Of a stretch of 64,000 nt of DNA, positions 12,023-24,620 are shown piece after piece (positions within the stretch are counted from its first letter, which is position 1; each line of letters begins with the position of its first letter). The translations under genes and the position numbers were made by a program. Source of the DNA: Blepharisma stoltei ATCC 30299 (Eukaryota > Protista > Ciliophora); the NCBI GenBank assembly GCA_965603825.1, contig CBFDEM010000048.1, positions 428,918-492,917 of the forward strand. The letters are read 5' to 3'. The notes beneath the pieces are model-generated. The model saw nothing but the letters and a program-made list of their open reading frames with translations. It made no database searches and was not told the DNA's origin.

Positions 12023-13543
12023 ATGTTGACGAAAATAAGTTTTCTCGCCTTTGTCCTATGTTTATCACTTGTAAAGTCTGCAGTGACTCCAGGGATGGTG
12101 ATATCAAGATCTTTTACTGATGTTGCCAATAATATTCGCGCCATTCTTCCAAACGCATTGGGAGATGTGTCATACACGAAGCTTGGCAAGTTCAATTTTA
12201 CAACATTGGATTCTAAGACAAGCGTGGTCTGCAATATAACAAATATTGTCCTGCTCAATTCTACCATGAAGTCTACACCAGCTTTGGTAAATGTGATGAT
12301 ATCTTCTCCGAATTTTCTGAATATCACATTGAATAACTTTACAGGGACAATCAGCTATAGTTATTCAGAAGTCGGCAAAAAAATAAATAATACAGGGACT
12401 GGCTACACAACTTTTACTGCAAACTTGACATTTTTCACAACTGTCTCTTATGGGAATGGCCTTCCTATAATAACAATCAACAAATTAAATTACATTATAA
12501 CGAATTATACTCAGTATAATTTAACCAATCTTAGCACAGCAATAGTTACTGCAATTCAGACGAATCTCACGAGTTATTTGTCAAATAATGCAACTGCATT
12601 TTTTATTGCAGCTTTCCAAAATCAGACTAATTCCTATATTTCAAGGGCAAATTATTGGCCAACATTGCCTGGGACTAAAGTAAAAGCAGATTTAACATGG
12701 GTAGCAGCTCCAGTTATTAACTATAACGCTTCTCTTTCGTGCCAAAACAATTATGTTTCATTCTGGGTCAATGGGACAGTAACTACAAATTCCTCTTCTA
12801 TTTCAATTCCTACCATAAACCCTCCAGTAGCTTTACCAAATCGCTTTACAAATTCAAACGCTTATGTCGGCCAATCCCAAGTATTTATCACCCAATTTAC
12901 AATTGATTCTTATTATTATTCCACCTTAAAAGTATATGGCCACTATACAATTGATACCTTACCTACAGGCTTTCCTAACATTTTAAATACAAATAGTGGA
13001 TATTTCCCTGAGCTTAATAAAATTTACCCTAATTCGCCAGTAACACTTAATGTCACGTTTTATGATACTCCAAGATGCTATATTATTGGTGGCTATGGGA
13101 TTCAAGGAAAACTGCCACTTACTGTACAAGTGTTAATTTATAGCCAAAGCACTAATGAATGGAGCTATCCTTTGGCTTATAATGTGACCATTACTTTCTC
13201 TGTCAATATTTACTTCAACCAAACTGTAATTGTTGGATATTCTTATAACCCAATAATTTCCAATTTGGTTCAGATTAACTCAAATGCTCAAGTCGGAAAT
13301 GTAAATGTTTACTATTTGGGAAGACTGACTACAGACTTATTTAAGCAATATATGATTTTCAATGAAGGCAGCTATTTATTCCCGAAGATCCCATTCCCAT
13401 ATCTTTCAGGAACTACATTTAGTAATGTAAGATCAAGACTTATGCAAGGATATATTGAAGTCGACTATGATCCTACAATTCCAACCCCTTCAGGAGAAGA
13501 ATACAACAGGTTTGAAGCTTATCAAGCGTCTGCAGGTTGCTAA
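12023..13543 (+). CDS. Secreted BPI/LBP/CETP-family (TULIP fold) lipid-binding glycoprotein
   Basis: Signal peptide followed by VTPGMVIS; C-half motifs QVFITQFTIDSYY, FPELNKIYPNSPVTL and FSNVRSRLMQGYIEVDYD resemble BPI/LBP; many N-x-S/T sequons. Confidence 0.7.
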   Translation: MLTKISFLAFVLCLSLVKSAVTPGMVISRSFTDVANNIRAILPNALGDVSYTKLGKFNFTTLDSKTSVVCNITNIVLLNSTMKSTPALVNVMISSPNFLNITLNNFTGTISYSYSEVGKKINNTGTGYTTFTANLTFFTTVSYGNGLPIITINKLNYIITNYTQYNLTNLSTAIVTAIQTNLTSYLSNNATAFFIAAFQNQTNSYISRANYWPTLPGTKVKADLTWVAAPVINYNASLSCQNNYVSFWVNGTVTTNSSSISIPTINPPVALPNRFTNSNAYVGQSQVFITQFTIDSYYYSTLKVYGHYTIDTLPTGFPNILNTNSGYFPELNKIYPNSPVTLNVTFYDTPRCYIIGGYGIQGKLPLTVQVLIYSQSTNEWSYPLAYNVTITFSVNIYFNQTVIVGYSYNPIISNLVQINSNAQVGNVNVYYLGRLTTDLFKQYMIFNEGSYLFPKIPFPYLSGTTFSNVRSRLMQGYIEVDYDPTIPTPSGEEYNRFEAYQASAGC

Positions 13544-13586
13544 TCACTAAAATTCCTTTTATTAATCTTTAGCTTAAAATATAAAA

Positions 13587-16500
13587 ATGATTAACAGTTA
13601 CAACTCTAAAATAGAGCCAGAGCTTGAATCCTACCCTATTAATACTGCTAGTCTTCCTGCTACTTTTGCAGAACCTAACGACAATGCTATCAAAATTAAC
13701 CCTCTCATGCAAGAAATCATTCAAGAATCATCATTAGATATCCGCAGCGATTTTCAGTCATCATTTCATTATATTTCCAACCAACTTCCTAGAGAAGTTA
13801 GAATCCCTTTTCAAGGAACCTGTATGAGAGTCATGAGAGATGGACACTCATTTACTTGTGGCGCCAATAAAAGAATAGTCATTTGTGACAAAAAAGAAAC
13901 GTTAAAAGATTACCGGATTAATGAAAAAATTACCGCTATTGATGTGTGTGAAAATGATCAGTTTGCGTTCGCAGCTTTTGAAGAAAAAGATATTGACGGG
14001 AATGGGATTGGCTGGGCAATTAAAAAGTTATCACTTTTGACTTTTGAGATTGCACAGGTTTATATGGGACATACTGGGAAAATAACAGCGTTAGCTATTT
14101 CTCCTGATGAAACTTATGTATATTCGTCTAGTTGAGATTGCACTGTAAGGATGTCAAAAAATGGAAAAGATAGTAATGGGATTTCTGAAGAAATTTATGA
14201 GCATGATTCAAAAATAAAAACTTTGTGTATTAGCAGAGATGGCTTGCATTTAATTTCTGCTGGAGACAGCAGGGAATTTAAAATTTATTCTATTGCTACT
14301 AAACAAGTACAATTTATTTTGTATAGTTCAGTATCAGTGATTACTTTTGCAAAATTTTCCCCAAAGAAAAAATATTTTGCTATAAGTCATATGGATAATA
14401 ATATTAGTATTTGAAGCTTCGAGACTTGTGAAATTATAAAAGTTCTCAAAGGACATACAGGATTGATCAAATCTATGAAATTTACTGGGAATGAAAATGT
14501 GCTAGTATCTGGAAGTAGTGATAGAACTGTGAGAGTATGGAGTATTAATAGAAATCATGATGAAATTGTTATGGAAGGGCACGCAAGAGCTGTAAGAGGG
14601 ATTACTATAAGTCTGAGTGAAAAACACATTTATTCTCTTGGAAAGGATTATAAAATTTTAATATGAAAATTCCCATCTTTTGACAGCAGTAAATTACTTG
14701 TGGGGCATAAGGAAACTGTTTTTAATTTAATACATTCGAGTAAGAGGAAAAAAATATATTCAAACTCAGAAGATATGAATATCATTGCATGAGACCAAGA
14801 ATCAGGCGCAAAGCTCTATGAATATCCTGACGGATCTTCTATGTACGCAATGGCTATTTCTCCAGACGAAGACTATTTGTTCTCTTGTACCGACGACCAA
14901 AGAATCCTCATATGAGATCTCGAAAAAAATGAAAAATTAAAAGAAATAACCGATATTGACGGAGAAGTCAGAGCAATTTTATGCACCCCTGACAATCGAT
15001 TTTTTATTACTGGGGATGTCGGGTTTCGAATAATTATCTGAAATATGGACGATTTCTCACAATATCATACAATTCGTTCACATAGAGCAGAAGTCTGAGC
15101 TTTGAATTTACATGAAAATTCTACTCTTTATAGTGGAGATGACAGTGGAACTGTTTTATGCCACGATTTAAAAGACTCAAAAATCTTAATGGAATTTACA
15201 GGAAATAGCACAAGAGTGCAGACAATTGTGGTGACCAGAAATGGAGAAATTCTTTTAATAGGGTATAGAAATGGAGAGTTGATTATATGGGGAATTCAAA
15301 ATAAGCATATTTTAAGAAACGTTAATTACCATAATGAAATATTGAGATCTATATATTGTACACAAGATGGAAAATATTTTTTTGCTGCTTCAGAAGACCA
15401 GAAAATGTCGATTTTTGATTTAAAAAATTTTGGGAGAGTTGCTACTATAAAATTCAAAAATAAAATAAAATCGATGATATTTTTGACTGGAGAAAATCAT
15501 ATTGCACTAGCATTAGATAAAGAAATCAAAATTATTAAAAGCCCATTGAAGCCTGGGACAATAAAAGTTTATGGGCCAGATTTTGGTAAGCATAAATTTA
15601 TGAGATATATCAAAGAAATCATGCTGAATGAGAAGCCAGCTTATAATAAAGAAATGGACCAATGGATAATCGAGCCTTTCCATTTAAATCCATTACATTT
15701 TTATGCCTATTTTAACTTGTCCAGCCATTTAAAAAAAGCTATCGAATATGGAGATGGCTTTTTTCCATCCTCAAAAAATGAGACCCCGCTATCAATATGC
15801 TTAGACAAATCCTACACAGAATGCACAAACGCAATTTTCACAGCAATGAATAAAATTGCAGCAACAAATCCTTATTCTTTTTATTATTTTGAAGACTCTC
15901 TAATAACTCTAAACCTGAAAGGATTTCCAGGCCTTGAAAAATTCTATCAGAATATTTTAATGAAATGCAAGCATCATTCATTGAAGAAATTTTGCGATAA
16001 ACAATCAAGACTTCCTAGCATAATCCACTCCGAATATATCTTGCCGAAATCTGAAAATTTCAGTAAAAAAATAAAATTTTCTTCAGATCAAGAAGGAAAA
16101 GATGTGATGTATTTAAACTCACTTGTCAGATTAGATTTAACAACTGGCTCTAAAGAAAGTTTAGCGTTTCTTGACAGTTTAGGAAAATGCCCCAATGGAA
16201 ATATCCTTAAAACTCCTATAATTCAATTCATTCTCAATGAAAAATGGAGAAAACTAAGCTGGCTCATATATTTTCAAGCTTCTATTTATATTTCTTATTT
16301 AGTTTTGCTATCAATATACACAACTTTATATGAAGGCGACTCTTATTATGTTATGATTCCTTTTGGTATGAGCTGTATTTTAACTTTATATGAATTGTAT
16401 CAAATAAATGTAGGCGGAATTTACTATTGGCAAGACTTTTGGAATTGAGTTGATTTATTAAGGATAATTCTTTTTGTAGCTTATGTGTCAATAATAAGTT

Positions 16501-17189
16501 CTGGAACTGATAATTATAGTCATTTTCTATTAGGGGCTATTATTTCTCTATCATGATTCAGAGGGACGCTCTATTTCAATATCTTTAAACCCACCCGCTA
16601 TCTGATTAACCTGATTTTCACTGTATTTTATGATATGCTACCTTTTTTCATTATTTTATGCTTCTTAACTCTTGCTTTTGCGGTCACCCAATACGCCTTA
16701 ATAGGTGGATCAGATCATGAGTTTTTTGATTGGACAACTTTAGCTTGGAGAATCAATATAAAAGATTACAGCACTGATTGGTATATTTCTTTATTAATGT
16801 GGGCAAGTCACTGAGTTTTTACTGTACTTAATCCAATTGTTATGATCAGCTTACTTATCTCCCTTATGGGAGATACTTTTGAAAGAGTCAAAGAAAACAG
16901 TGAAATTGCTGACGCTAGAGAACTTATTGATATGCTGATTGAAGCAGAAACTTTGCTGTTTTGGAGAAAAAATAGAGGCAAAAAGAAATATTTGCAAGTT
17001 TGTACAGGTAATGAGCTTGAAAAAGCAGAAGATCATGTGGATAAAAAGCTAAATGCACTAGGAAAAATTATTTTGCAAATTCAAAAGCAGCTTAAGGACT
17101 CATTTGAAGCTAGATGTGACCGAGAAGGAGAACTTCTTCTATTAATTCAAGAATGCCGTGGGTCTAAAAAGCGTGGAGTTAAGCATTAA
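13587..17189 (+). CDS. WD40-repeat protein with C-terminal TRP-like channel domain (~1200 aa)
   Basis: Five listed ORFs share one frame and are separated only by TGA. GH...W WD40 repeats, an ankyrin-like LHFYAYF...TPLSICL segment, then EKW, WQDFWNWVDLLR and an S6-like LLISLMGDTFERV. Confidence 0.8.
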
Positions 17190-17311
17190 TCGAAAAATTT
17201 CTATGTAATAAAAATTATTATTAAGTCTATTTAAGACCATTTTTAGTTAAATTCCAATTAATTCCATTTTGATATCCGTATCCTAGACTGACATAAATTT
17301 ATATAAATATC

Positions 17312-17671
17312 ATGAAAGTATACTCAGAGTGTGAGTCAAGCACAGATGAAGGAAGAACTGGCCGCTGGACCTTAAAAGAGCATGAAGATTTTATGAGAGG
17401 AGTCTCCTTTTATGGAAAAGACTGAAAAAAAATCGCTGACTTCTTAGGAACAAGGACTCCAGTGCAAGTCAGGAGCCACGCCCAAAAATTTTATTTACGT
17501 GAAGAAACTGTGAAGAAAAGCAAAAGAAAAAGCCACAAAGCTTTTAAATTCCAGCCTATAAGTATAGAAGTTTACGCTAAAAAGGATAAGTCGACTCAGT
17601 ATGGAGAAGGAGTTCTCTTTCCTGGGACAGAAGAAAATCAAAATATCAGCAAAATGTATTTTCTTTATTAA
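17312..17671 (+). CDS. SHAQKYF-class single-repeat Myb protein (119 aa)
   Basis: GRWTLKEHEDFMRGVSFYGKDW(TGA)KKIADFLGTRTPVQVRSHAQKFY. Confidence 0.9.
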
Positions 17672-17837
17672 GATAATAAACAAATTTAATTGGGAAATCA
17701 AGGAAATTTTATACTTAATAATTAAATTTGTAGTTAAAGAAACAATATGTATCTTTATTAAATCAGCCTAAAAATAAGATACATAAAATAATTAAATAAA
17801 GCTAAAAATGAAAAGAATACCTAATTATCAATTAATT

Positions 17838-18683
17838 TTATGACTTCTGTAATCTTTCCAATCTATTTATTCATTACTGTTCTCTCAGCTCCTTTATTTG
17901 CTCATTTTTCCCAACAATCAGTTTCTTCAAGCTTTGGAATTGCTTTGAGTCAGCTAGCCTTTTATCTTGTTCCTCTTTAAGCTGCTTTATAAGCTCTTCT
18001 TTAGTCTGCAGTTGAAGCTAAATGATTTCTACCTTAGTTTCTTCTAGCATATGAATAGCTTGAGTATCATGCTGTGGCTCTTCATGTCTTGGCCCATTTT
18101 CTAATTGAGCTGTTAAGCTTTCTACTGCATTCCTCAGTTCCATTTTTTCATCTAAAATTTGACTAATTTGAGTTTGCATTTGCTTCATGCGATTTTTCAA
18201 AGTATTATTTTCTTCTTTAAGTTCATTAAGCTGCTTTACTAATAAAGGATCATTATTAAAGCTTGTTTGGAGAGTTGGAAGTCTAGCACCCTGAGTCCTT
18301 TTGTTTAAGTCTAAAGCTTTTTGGCTTCTTTCTATGTTTCTCATTTCTTCGATTGCATGGAGATTTTCGATGAAAGAAGTATCAGCTTGCAAAGTCAAAT
18401 TGTGGGTTTGAGCTTGGTTCATTAAGATTTTTATATAAACTCCTGACATGTGAGCAATATTTTGCAATTCAGCTTCAATTGTGCTTGATACTTCTCTGAC
18501 AAAATTGTCCATAAAAGCTTCAACCTCGTTCTTCTGAAGCAAAGCATCTTCATTGAGATTTTTTGCTATAAATTGTTTAGCTGAGGTGTCAATCTCCTTT
18601 AAGTTTTCTCTGCGTTTTAAGGCAAAAAAGTCAAGGTATTTTTTTACCTCGACTTGATGATCAGGACTCAGAATTCCTTCCAT
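17838..18683 (-). CDS. LZTFL1: LZTFL1 (BBS17) homolog (15-nt introns 18018-18032 and 17863-17877)
   Basis: LSPDHQVEVKKYLDFF, IEAELQNIAHMSG...QAQ...LQADTS and, after splicing, DSKQFQSLKKLIVGKNEQIKELRE resemble LZTFL1. Both introns remove in-frame stops. Confidence 0.8.
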
Positions 18684-18898
18684 TTATTATATGCAAAAAT
18701 TATAAAAATACAGCAGGAAATTATTATCATGATAGAAAGCTTTCTTTGTTGTTTTTAATCGATTAAAAGGAAACCATTATAATCAAAACTTTCAATATAA
18801 AAATGCTTTTAATTATAATTTCTAGTATAAACTTATATCTTAATTAAATAATTAGTCTTGAAGAATAAATTGTTCCATTTTTTAATTATTTTTATCGC

Positions 18899-20344
18899 AT
18901 GTATCAAAATTCATTTCAAAGTGGGCCGTATGTTGAACTTGCTAATCCAAGTGAAAAAACTCCTCAATGGAGTATAAACAAGCCTAAATGAAAATTATTT
19001 GAAAAAACAGTGAAAGGTTATATCATTTCATTGGATTCTCACAATGCGAAACTTCAACTACCAAGTAACGATAAACAGTCATTGGCATTGATTCAGCCTT
19101 ATTTGGTTTTGCAGGTATATTTAACCCCAGGCCAGCCTTTTACGTTGGATCTTGCAATTTCAGATATTTCAGGCACGAAACGAAGGCTTTTATTTTCATC
19201 AGCATCAAAAGAAATAGTCTCAGCCCCTTTGCATTCAAGAATACCAAATTGGCCTTTCTTAAGAGGTGCATGGTCTTGCATATCGATCGATATGTCTAGT
19301 TTTGTTACTGCTTGCTTTCCTGGCAACACTTTTAGGTCTTTAGATTCAATTACAGTTCATTCTTTTTGCAAAATCCGGAGAATTTTTACAATGAAAAATC
19401 CATTGTTCGAATTATCAGAAAATTCAGCAAAAAATCCTCAAAATTGTGAAAATGTTCCAAAGGTTTTGGAATTTCCACCTGGGGTACAATTTTCGAATCA
19501 AAATGTTGGGCCTGAGCTTGTAATGACTCCTGAATCAGAAAGAAGTGGTCTTTCTGTAAGGAGTAAAAAAGAAGAAATTGTATTTGAGGATAGAATTCCT
19601 GTAGCAACAGCCCCAATTAGAAATTTGCCAAAATCAAGACAAAAAACTGTATCACCTAGAAGAAATTTTCAATCAAATACAACGAATGAATTTTTCAATA
19701 AAAGCTTGTTAAATAAAACTAAAACAATTGATAAAACTCCACAACAAGCTGTCAAAAGAAAAGGCTCAGCAGGAATTCCAATAAAAAAAGTTTCCCATAA
19801 GCCAAAAAACCATTCAATATCTAACGAAGAAAACCAAAACATAGCCTTAAATACAGAAAATAGTCCAAAGCAAAAAAGGTTTAGAGGTTTCAGTGATGAT
19901 CACGAAGTCCATTCAAAATTTTCCAATGAAAATCGTTATGAAGATCTCAATGAATCAGAAATAAAAGAATCAATTGTTATTGAAAAATCAAGCAAAAACT
20001 TGTCAAACTGCAGCTCCTTTGTAAACCAATCAATCCAAGAAGAAATTGAAATTGATAGGCAATCCCCTCAAAATAATCCTCATGATCTTATTGAGCATAA
20101 CTTTTTCCCTGCCCCAGCTCAAATTACAAAAAATTCGACCTCTCCTGTGCCTCTTCCTAACTTTTATGATAAAAATCTATCAGAAATGACGAAATTTCGG
20201 CCTTTTACTCCTCCTTTTTCTGGGCTAGCTTCAATGCAAAATCTTCGAATTCCGAAAAATTCTCAAGAAAACCAATTGATTTATGATTCAATTTTAAATT
20301 GTTATTATGATCCTTCATCACAAGAATATTATAAAATAAAATAA
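18899..20344 (+). CDS. CFAP20DC: CFAP20-domain (DUF667) protein, CFAP20DC/C3orf67-like
   Basis: MYQNSFQSGPYVEL start (via one TGA), LALIQPYLVLQVY, CKIRRIFTMK and the C-terminal LIYDSILNCYYDPSSQEYY motif. Confidence 0.8.
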
Positions 20345-20526
20345 TAAATTTGGCACTTTAAATAAGACTTGATAAAAAATTATTCTAAAATGGTTTTTAA
20401 GATAACAAACTTATTTTACTAATAAAAATTCAGAATTAAATGGATTTCAGCAAATTATTGAATTTTCAAATTTTTTTTAAATTGTGGCTTAATATGCCTG
20501 CTAATTTTTCAAGTATAAAATAATAA

Positions 20527-21168
20527 ATGATTACTTTAATCATACCATTATTTTTCTGGATTGCCTCTTCTCAGATAACAACCCAGGGAGTATTTAAATA
20601 TAACGCCTATTCTTCTGCCAAAATCCTATCAAAAAATGAAAGTCATCCTGAGCTTTATGGTTCTAAGTTCAGTTCAAATTGTGTAAAGCTTTGTCTTGAA
20701 ACTTCTTTAGTGAATAATGAACTTACCTGCAAAAATCTATGCAATTGCAGCATAAAATCACCCCAAAAAATCTCAAGTAAATTTCTTGAAACTTGTGAGC
20801 ATTCTTTGATTCTTACTGAAAAATCATATGAAAATATTAAAAATTCTATTGAAAAGTCTATTACTGAAGATAAAGTCAAGCATATAGCCTTTTTAACCAC
20901 TAATATTCCAGACAAAGAAAACTGTCTTACTGACTGTAAAGAATTTTGTTTTGGGCTTCAAGGAGATAAAGATGTCTGTATGAATGTATGTGTAAATAAA
21001 TTCTGTCCTAATGAAATTACTCAAATTGAGAGTCCGAATGATTGGTCATTTTCTGTTGAGTTTATAGTAATTTTAATCCTCGCGGTAATCATAGCAAAAC
21101 AAATTAGATATTTAAAGCGAACTTATGGGAGACGAGAAAATCTGGAAACTGGGTATATGAGATTATAA
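20527..21168 (+). CDS. Hypothetical single-pass membrane protein with Cys motifs
   Basis: 213-aa ORF with signal peptide, CxxxCxxxC clusters, a C-terminal TM helix and a short cytoplasmic tail. Confidence 0.7.
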   Translation: MITLIIPLFFWIASSQITTQGVFKYNAYSSAKILSKNESHPELYGSKFSSNCVKLCLETSLVNNELTCKNLCNCSIKSPQKISSKFLETCEHSLILTEKSYENIKNSIEKSITEDKVKHIAFLTTNIPDKENCLTDCKEFCFGLQGDKDVCMNVCVNKFCPNEITQIESPNDWSFSVEFIVILILAVIIAKQIRYLKRTYGRRENLETGYMRL

Positions 21169-21169
21169 A

Positions 21170-23023
21170 TTAATTATCTAATAAACATACTTCTAATTGT
21201 GGCGACCTTTGTATTGCATCTGCTAAAAGACAATAATCTTTATGCGAAACCTTCATTTCTCTCAGCACAATTGTTTTTAACCCAACACAAGAGTCTAATA
21301 TCGCGCAGACGTCAGATATCAAAGCATCAGTCCCAGTCAAGTCTAATTCGCGCAAATTTTCTTGTTGGCATAAACATTCCATAATTCTTGTAAGTCCTTG
21401 ATTCGTCAATTTTACGTGGGCAAGATGCAGAATTTCCATCTGTGGCCGAGTTCTAATTAAATTGCATAAATCCCCTACATGATTTTCGTCAAACTGAAGC
21501 CCAGATAGTCCTAAATTTTTGAGCCCAGTCTTAGATAATAACTGAATAATGCTTCTCAAGCTGTTTTTCTGTATCGGATTATATGATATAAATAGTCCAT
21601 TTAACTGAGAATCTTTAAGTGTTTCAAGTAAAGATTTCATGTCTTCTCCTGATAAATTGCAATTTTCGACAATAATGTCACTTATTGACGTTGAACAGGT
21701 AGATAAATTTATGAGAGTTTGTAAATTAATTTTATTTTCACTGAGATCTATCATATTGAGTTGCCCTTGGACTGAAATAGCGTCTACTATTTCTCCTGTA
21801 GATTCTGCTGAAAAATTGTTGTTTCTTAGCATTAAGCATCTGAGAAAATCATCTTTTTTGAGCCATTCAGATAATTTTAATGCATTTTCGTCCCCTAATG
21901 AATTTTCTGCTAAATTTAGCTCAGCTACAAAACAATTGTTACTTAAGGATTGTAAAAGTTCGTCAAAATTGGCAGATGTCAGCTTGGTATTTGCTAAGTC
22001 TAGCTCAAAAGGTCTTTGCAAATTCGCATTAGAAATAGCAAGGCATAGCTGAGAATAAATTTTTGACAAAAAATAAGCTTGAAGCTCATTTTTTTCATTT
22101 AAATTCATTAAGTTAATATTTTGTTCTGAAAGTGATTTTTCTTGTTTATTTTCAATTTTCAGCTTAGAAATTGCATAGCTTTTAAGCCTTTTCTGAATCC
22201 TAGTCCCTATGATTTTTATTAACCTTGTGCTGATTTTTTTAAAATCTATTTTTTCTTGGCAATTTTCTCATTCTTTGTATTCTTCCATTTCTTTCAATAA
22301 AATAGTGTTTTGCTCTTCTAATTCTTGGTTTTTTAGCTTTAAAGCAGAATTATTTCGTGCTAAATTGATCCTTTCTTGAGCCTTCGCTTTTCACAAATTT
22401 CTTTCCTTTATTGCTTCTTGTAAAGCTTCTTCACTTTTTTTAAGTTTTACTATTAAATTAGCAGATTTTTTATTGGCTTCAGTTTGTTCAATGACACTTC
22501 TTTCAGTGCAAATAAAATCTAGTTTTTCTTTAAGCTGAAAGCACTCCTCTTCAGATTTTTTTAATTTTTCTTTGCAATAGCTTAATTCTTTGCTTATCTC
22601 ATTTACGCAGCTGAGTGACCTATTTTCTATTAGCCCATAAAGTGACTGAAAATTTGTTGCGACTTCTTTTATTTTCTCTTCAAGTTTGATTTGAAATTCT
22701 ATTGAATTCACTATCGTTGCTCTATAATCTTCTAATTTCATTTGAAATTGGCAAGAATTCACCCAATTCTCTTCAGTTTGGCACTCAATATTAGCAAAAC
22801 TTGTAATCGTCCTTATATCCGCATTTTCAAAATTTTTTGTCAATTGATAATTCTGCTTATTTTTTACCTCATTTTCAACCGCAGTCAAAATTCCAAAAAT
22901 TTCGTCTTCAGTCAATTCAAGGCCTTTTAAAGCATTTAATAGCAAAGGATGGTCATCGGCAAGAGTTTTTAGCTCAGGGTCGTCTTTACACATCTCAATT
23001 ACATTTAGCAATCCTTGATCCAT
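21170..23023 (-). CDS. Coiled-coil plus leucine-rich-repeat (RI-like) protein (617 aa)
   Basis: ORFs 22391-23023 and 21170-22108 share a frame and join through TGA; LxxLxLxxN repeats in the C-half. Confidence 0.8.
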
Positions 23024-23032
23024 TTTATATAA

Positions 23033-24121
23033 TTAAAGATTATCTTTTAATAAAGGTGTTGTTATAGAAGATCTATGCTTCAATAAGCTTTGGTTAAGTC
23101 TGCAGGAAAATTTGTTGAATATAAAATCACCAAAAACCATAAAAAATAGCCCAGCCATACATGTAGAAAATGGGATAATATTATAAGCTCCATAGCTTTC
23201 ACTAATAAAGAACCCATAGATAATTCCTTTTAATAGCACAATATTTATAGAAATCCCAGGGCTATCTTTCATAAGAGACTCAGTCATAAAATAAACCGCT
23301 AATCCAAAAAGGCATCCACAAATTACTTCAATAATTAATTCACTAGCTGATATCGCTGCTGATGTTAAAAATAAATAAAATACCACAAAAGAAAACAGCT
23401 GCAATAAACCCTGCATAAATAACTGAATAATCCCTGCTGTATGAGTGTCTAATTCCTTTTTACTTGCAAGTACAAGCAAAATTACGCTTACAGTATAACA
23501 AATTACTGATACAATTTGTAAAATAATTAAATGCCAATGTTTAACCATGTCTAAAGTCATGAAAAATCATATACTGCCGGTTACTGATAAAGAAACCCCA
23601 AAAACCTGAGAAAGTGTATAGGAAAATTTGTAAATGTAAAATGTGATGATCAATACGAAAACCCCTACAAGATATATCATAAAATCAATTGAGCCGTGCA
23701 TCAAAAAATCGTTGTCATAATAACTCACAAAGGTATTTAAACTATGGGCTATAAACATTAGTCCTGCACTTATCATACATTTCCCTACACCTGGTGCCAT
23801 TCGAAATCGAATTTTTTCTGTTTCCCCTAATCTTCATATAGGCTGGACCAAAGTGCTGTGATACAAATTTGGCAAAATCCCGATTTTCGATTTCATTTTG
23901 CACCAAGAGTACATCCCAACGATAATCCCTATAAATAAAATCCCGGTTGATTGGAAAAAATGTTTTTGTAAAGCGTATTCTGCTTTTCCATCAGGATCGC
24001 TTAAGGTATATGAAGACACAAATAGCGCTAAAGCAAGAATTGCTGAAAAATGGAATGAATTTGGAGGGTTTTCCTGGGTTTCTCGCTCAGTGTAGTCATA
24101 ATCTTCAAATAAATCTGCCAT
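23033..24121 (-). CDS. Multi-pass membrane protein, possibly EamA/DMT-like transporter (362 aa)
   Basis: Three same-frame hydrophobic ORFs joined by TGA=Trp; many predicted TM segments by eye. Confidence 0.65.
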
Positions 24122-24392
24122 TTATGAATTTCTAATATTAGCTTATACCATATAATATTAAAATTTTCAAGTAAAATCACCATCATTAAAACTGTGATAT
24201 GTAGTTTAAAGTCTATAAGGGTCGAATTTTCCATTATTAAGACAAATCTGGACTCTAGGGCAATTCAATTGTTTAGGCAAATTAGTTAGATTATCAGATA
24301 AAGAGCAGATTCAGCTCTATCTGAGATATAAGAACCCATAGCCAATAAATTATTATTTGTGATTTATGCATAACTTTATTATAATTTAAAAA

Positions 24393-24620
24393 ATGCTTGG
24401 CAGTACATCAATGATGATGAGAAACCAAAATTTAATTGATAAATCTTTGGAGAAAAAAGTTTCCAGGAACAGGATTGGAAGCTTCTCTGAGTCAACGAAG
24501 ATGGAAGTGGCGTTTAACATGGCAAGATCTATAAATACAGCCCAAGCATTGTCAGAGATGAATACTATGAACGAGAAGAAAACTCAAACACTTGTAAGTT
24601 GCACATGTGCAATTATGTAA
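24393..24620 (+). CDS. Small protein (75 aa) ending in a CaaX box (CAIM)
   Basis: ATG-to-TAA ORF in otherwise very AT-rich DNA; ends LVSCTCAIM*. Confidence 0.6.
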   Translation: MLGSTSMMMRNQNLIDKSLEKKVSRNRIGSFSESTKMEVAFNMARSINTAQALSEMNTMNEKKTQTLVSCTCAIM

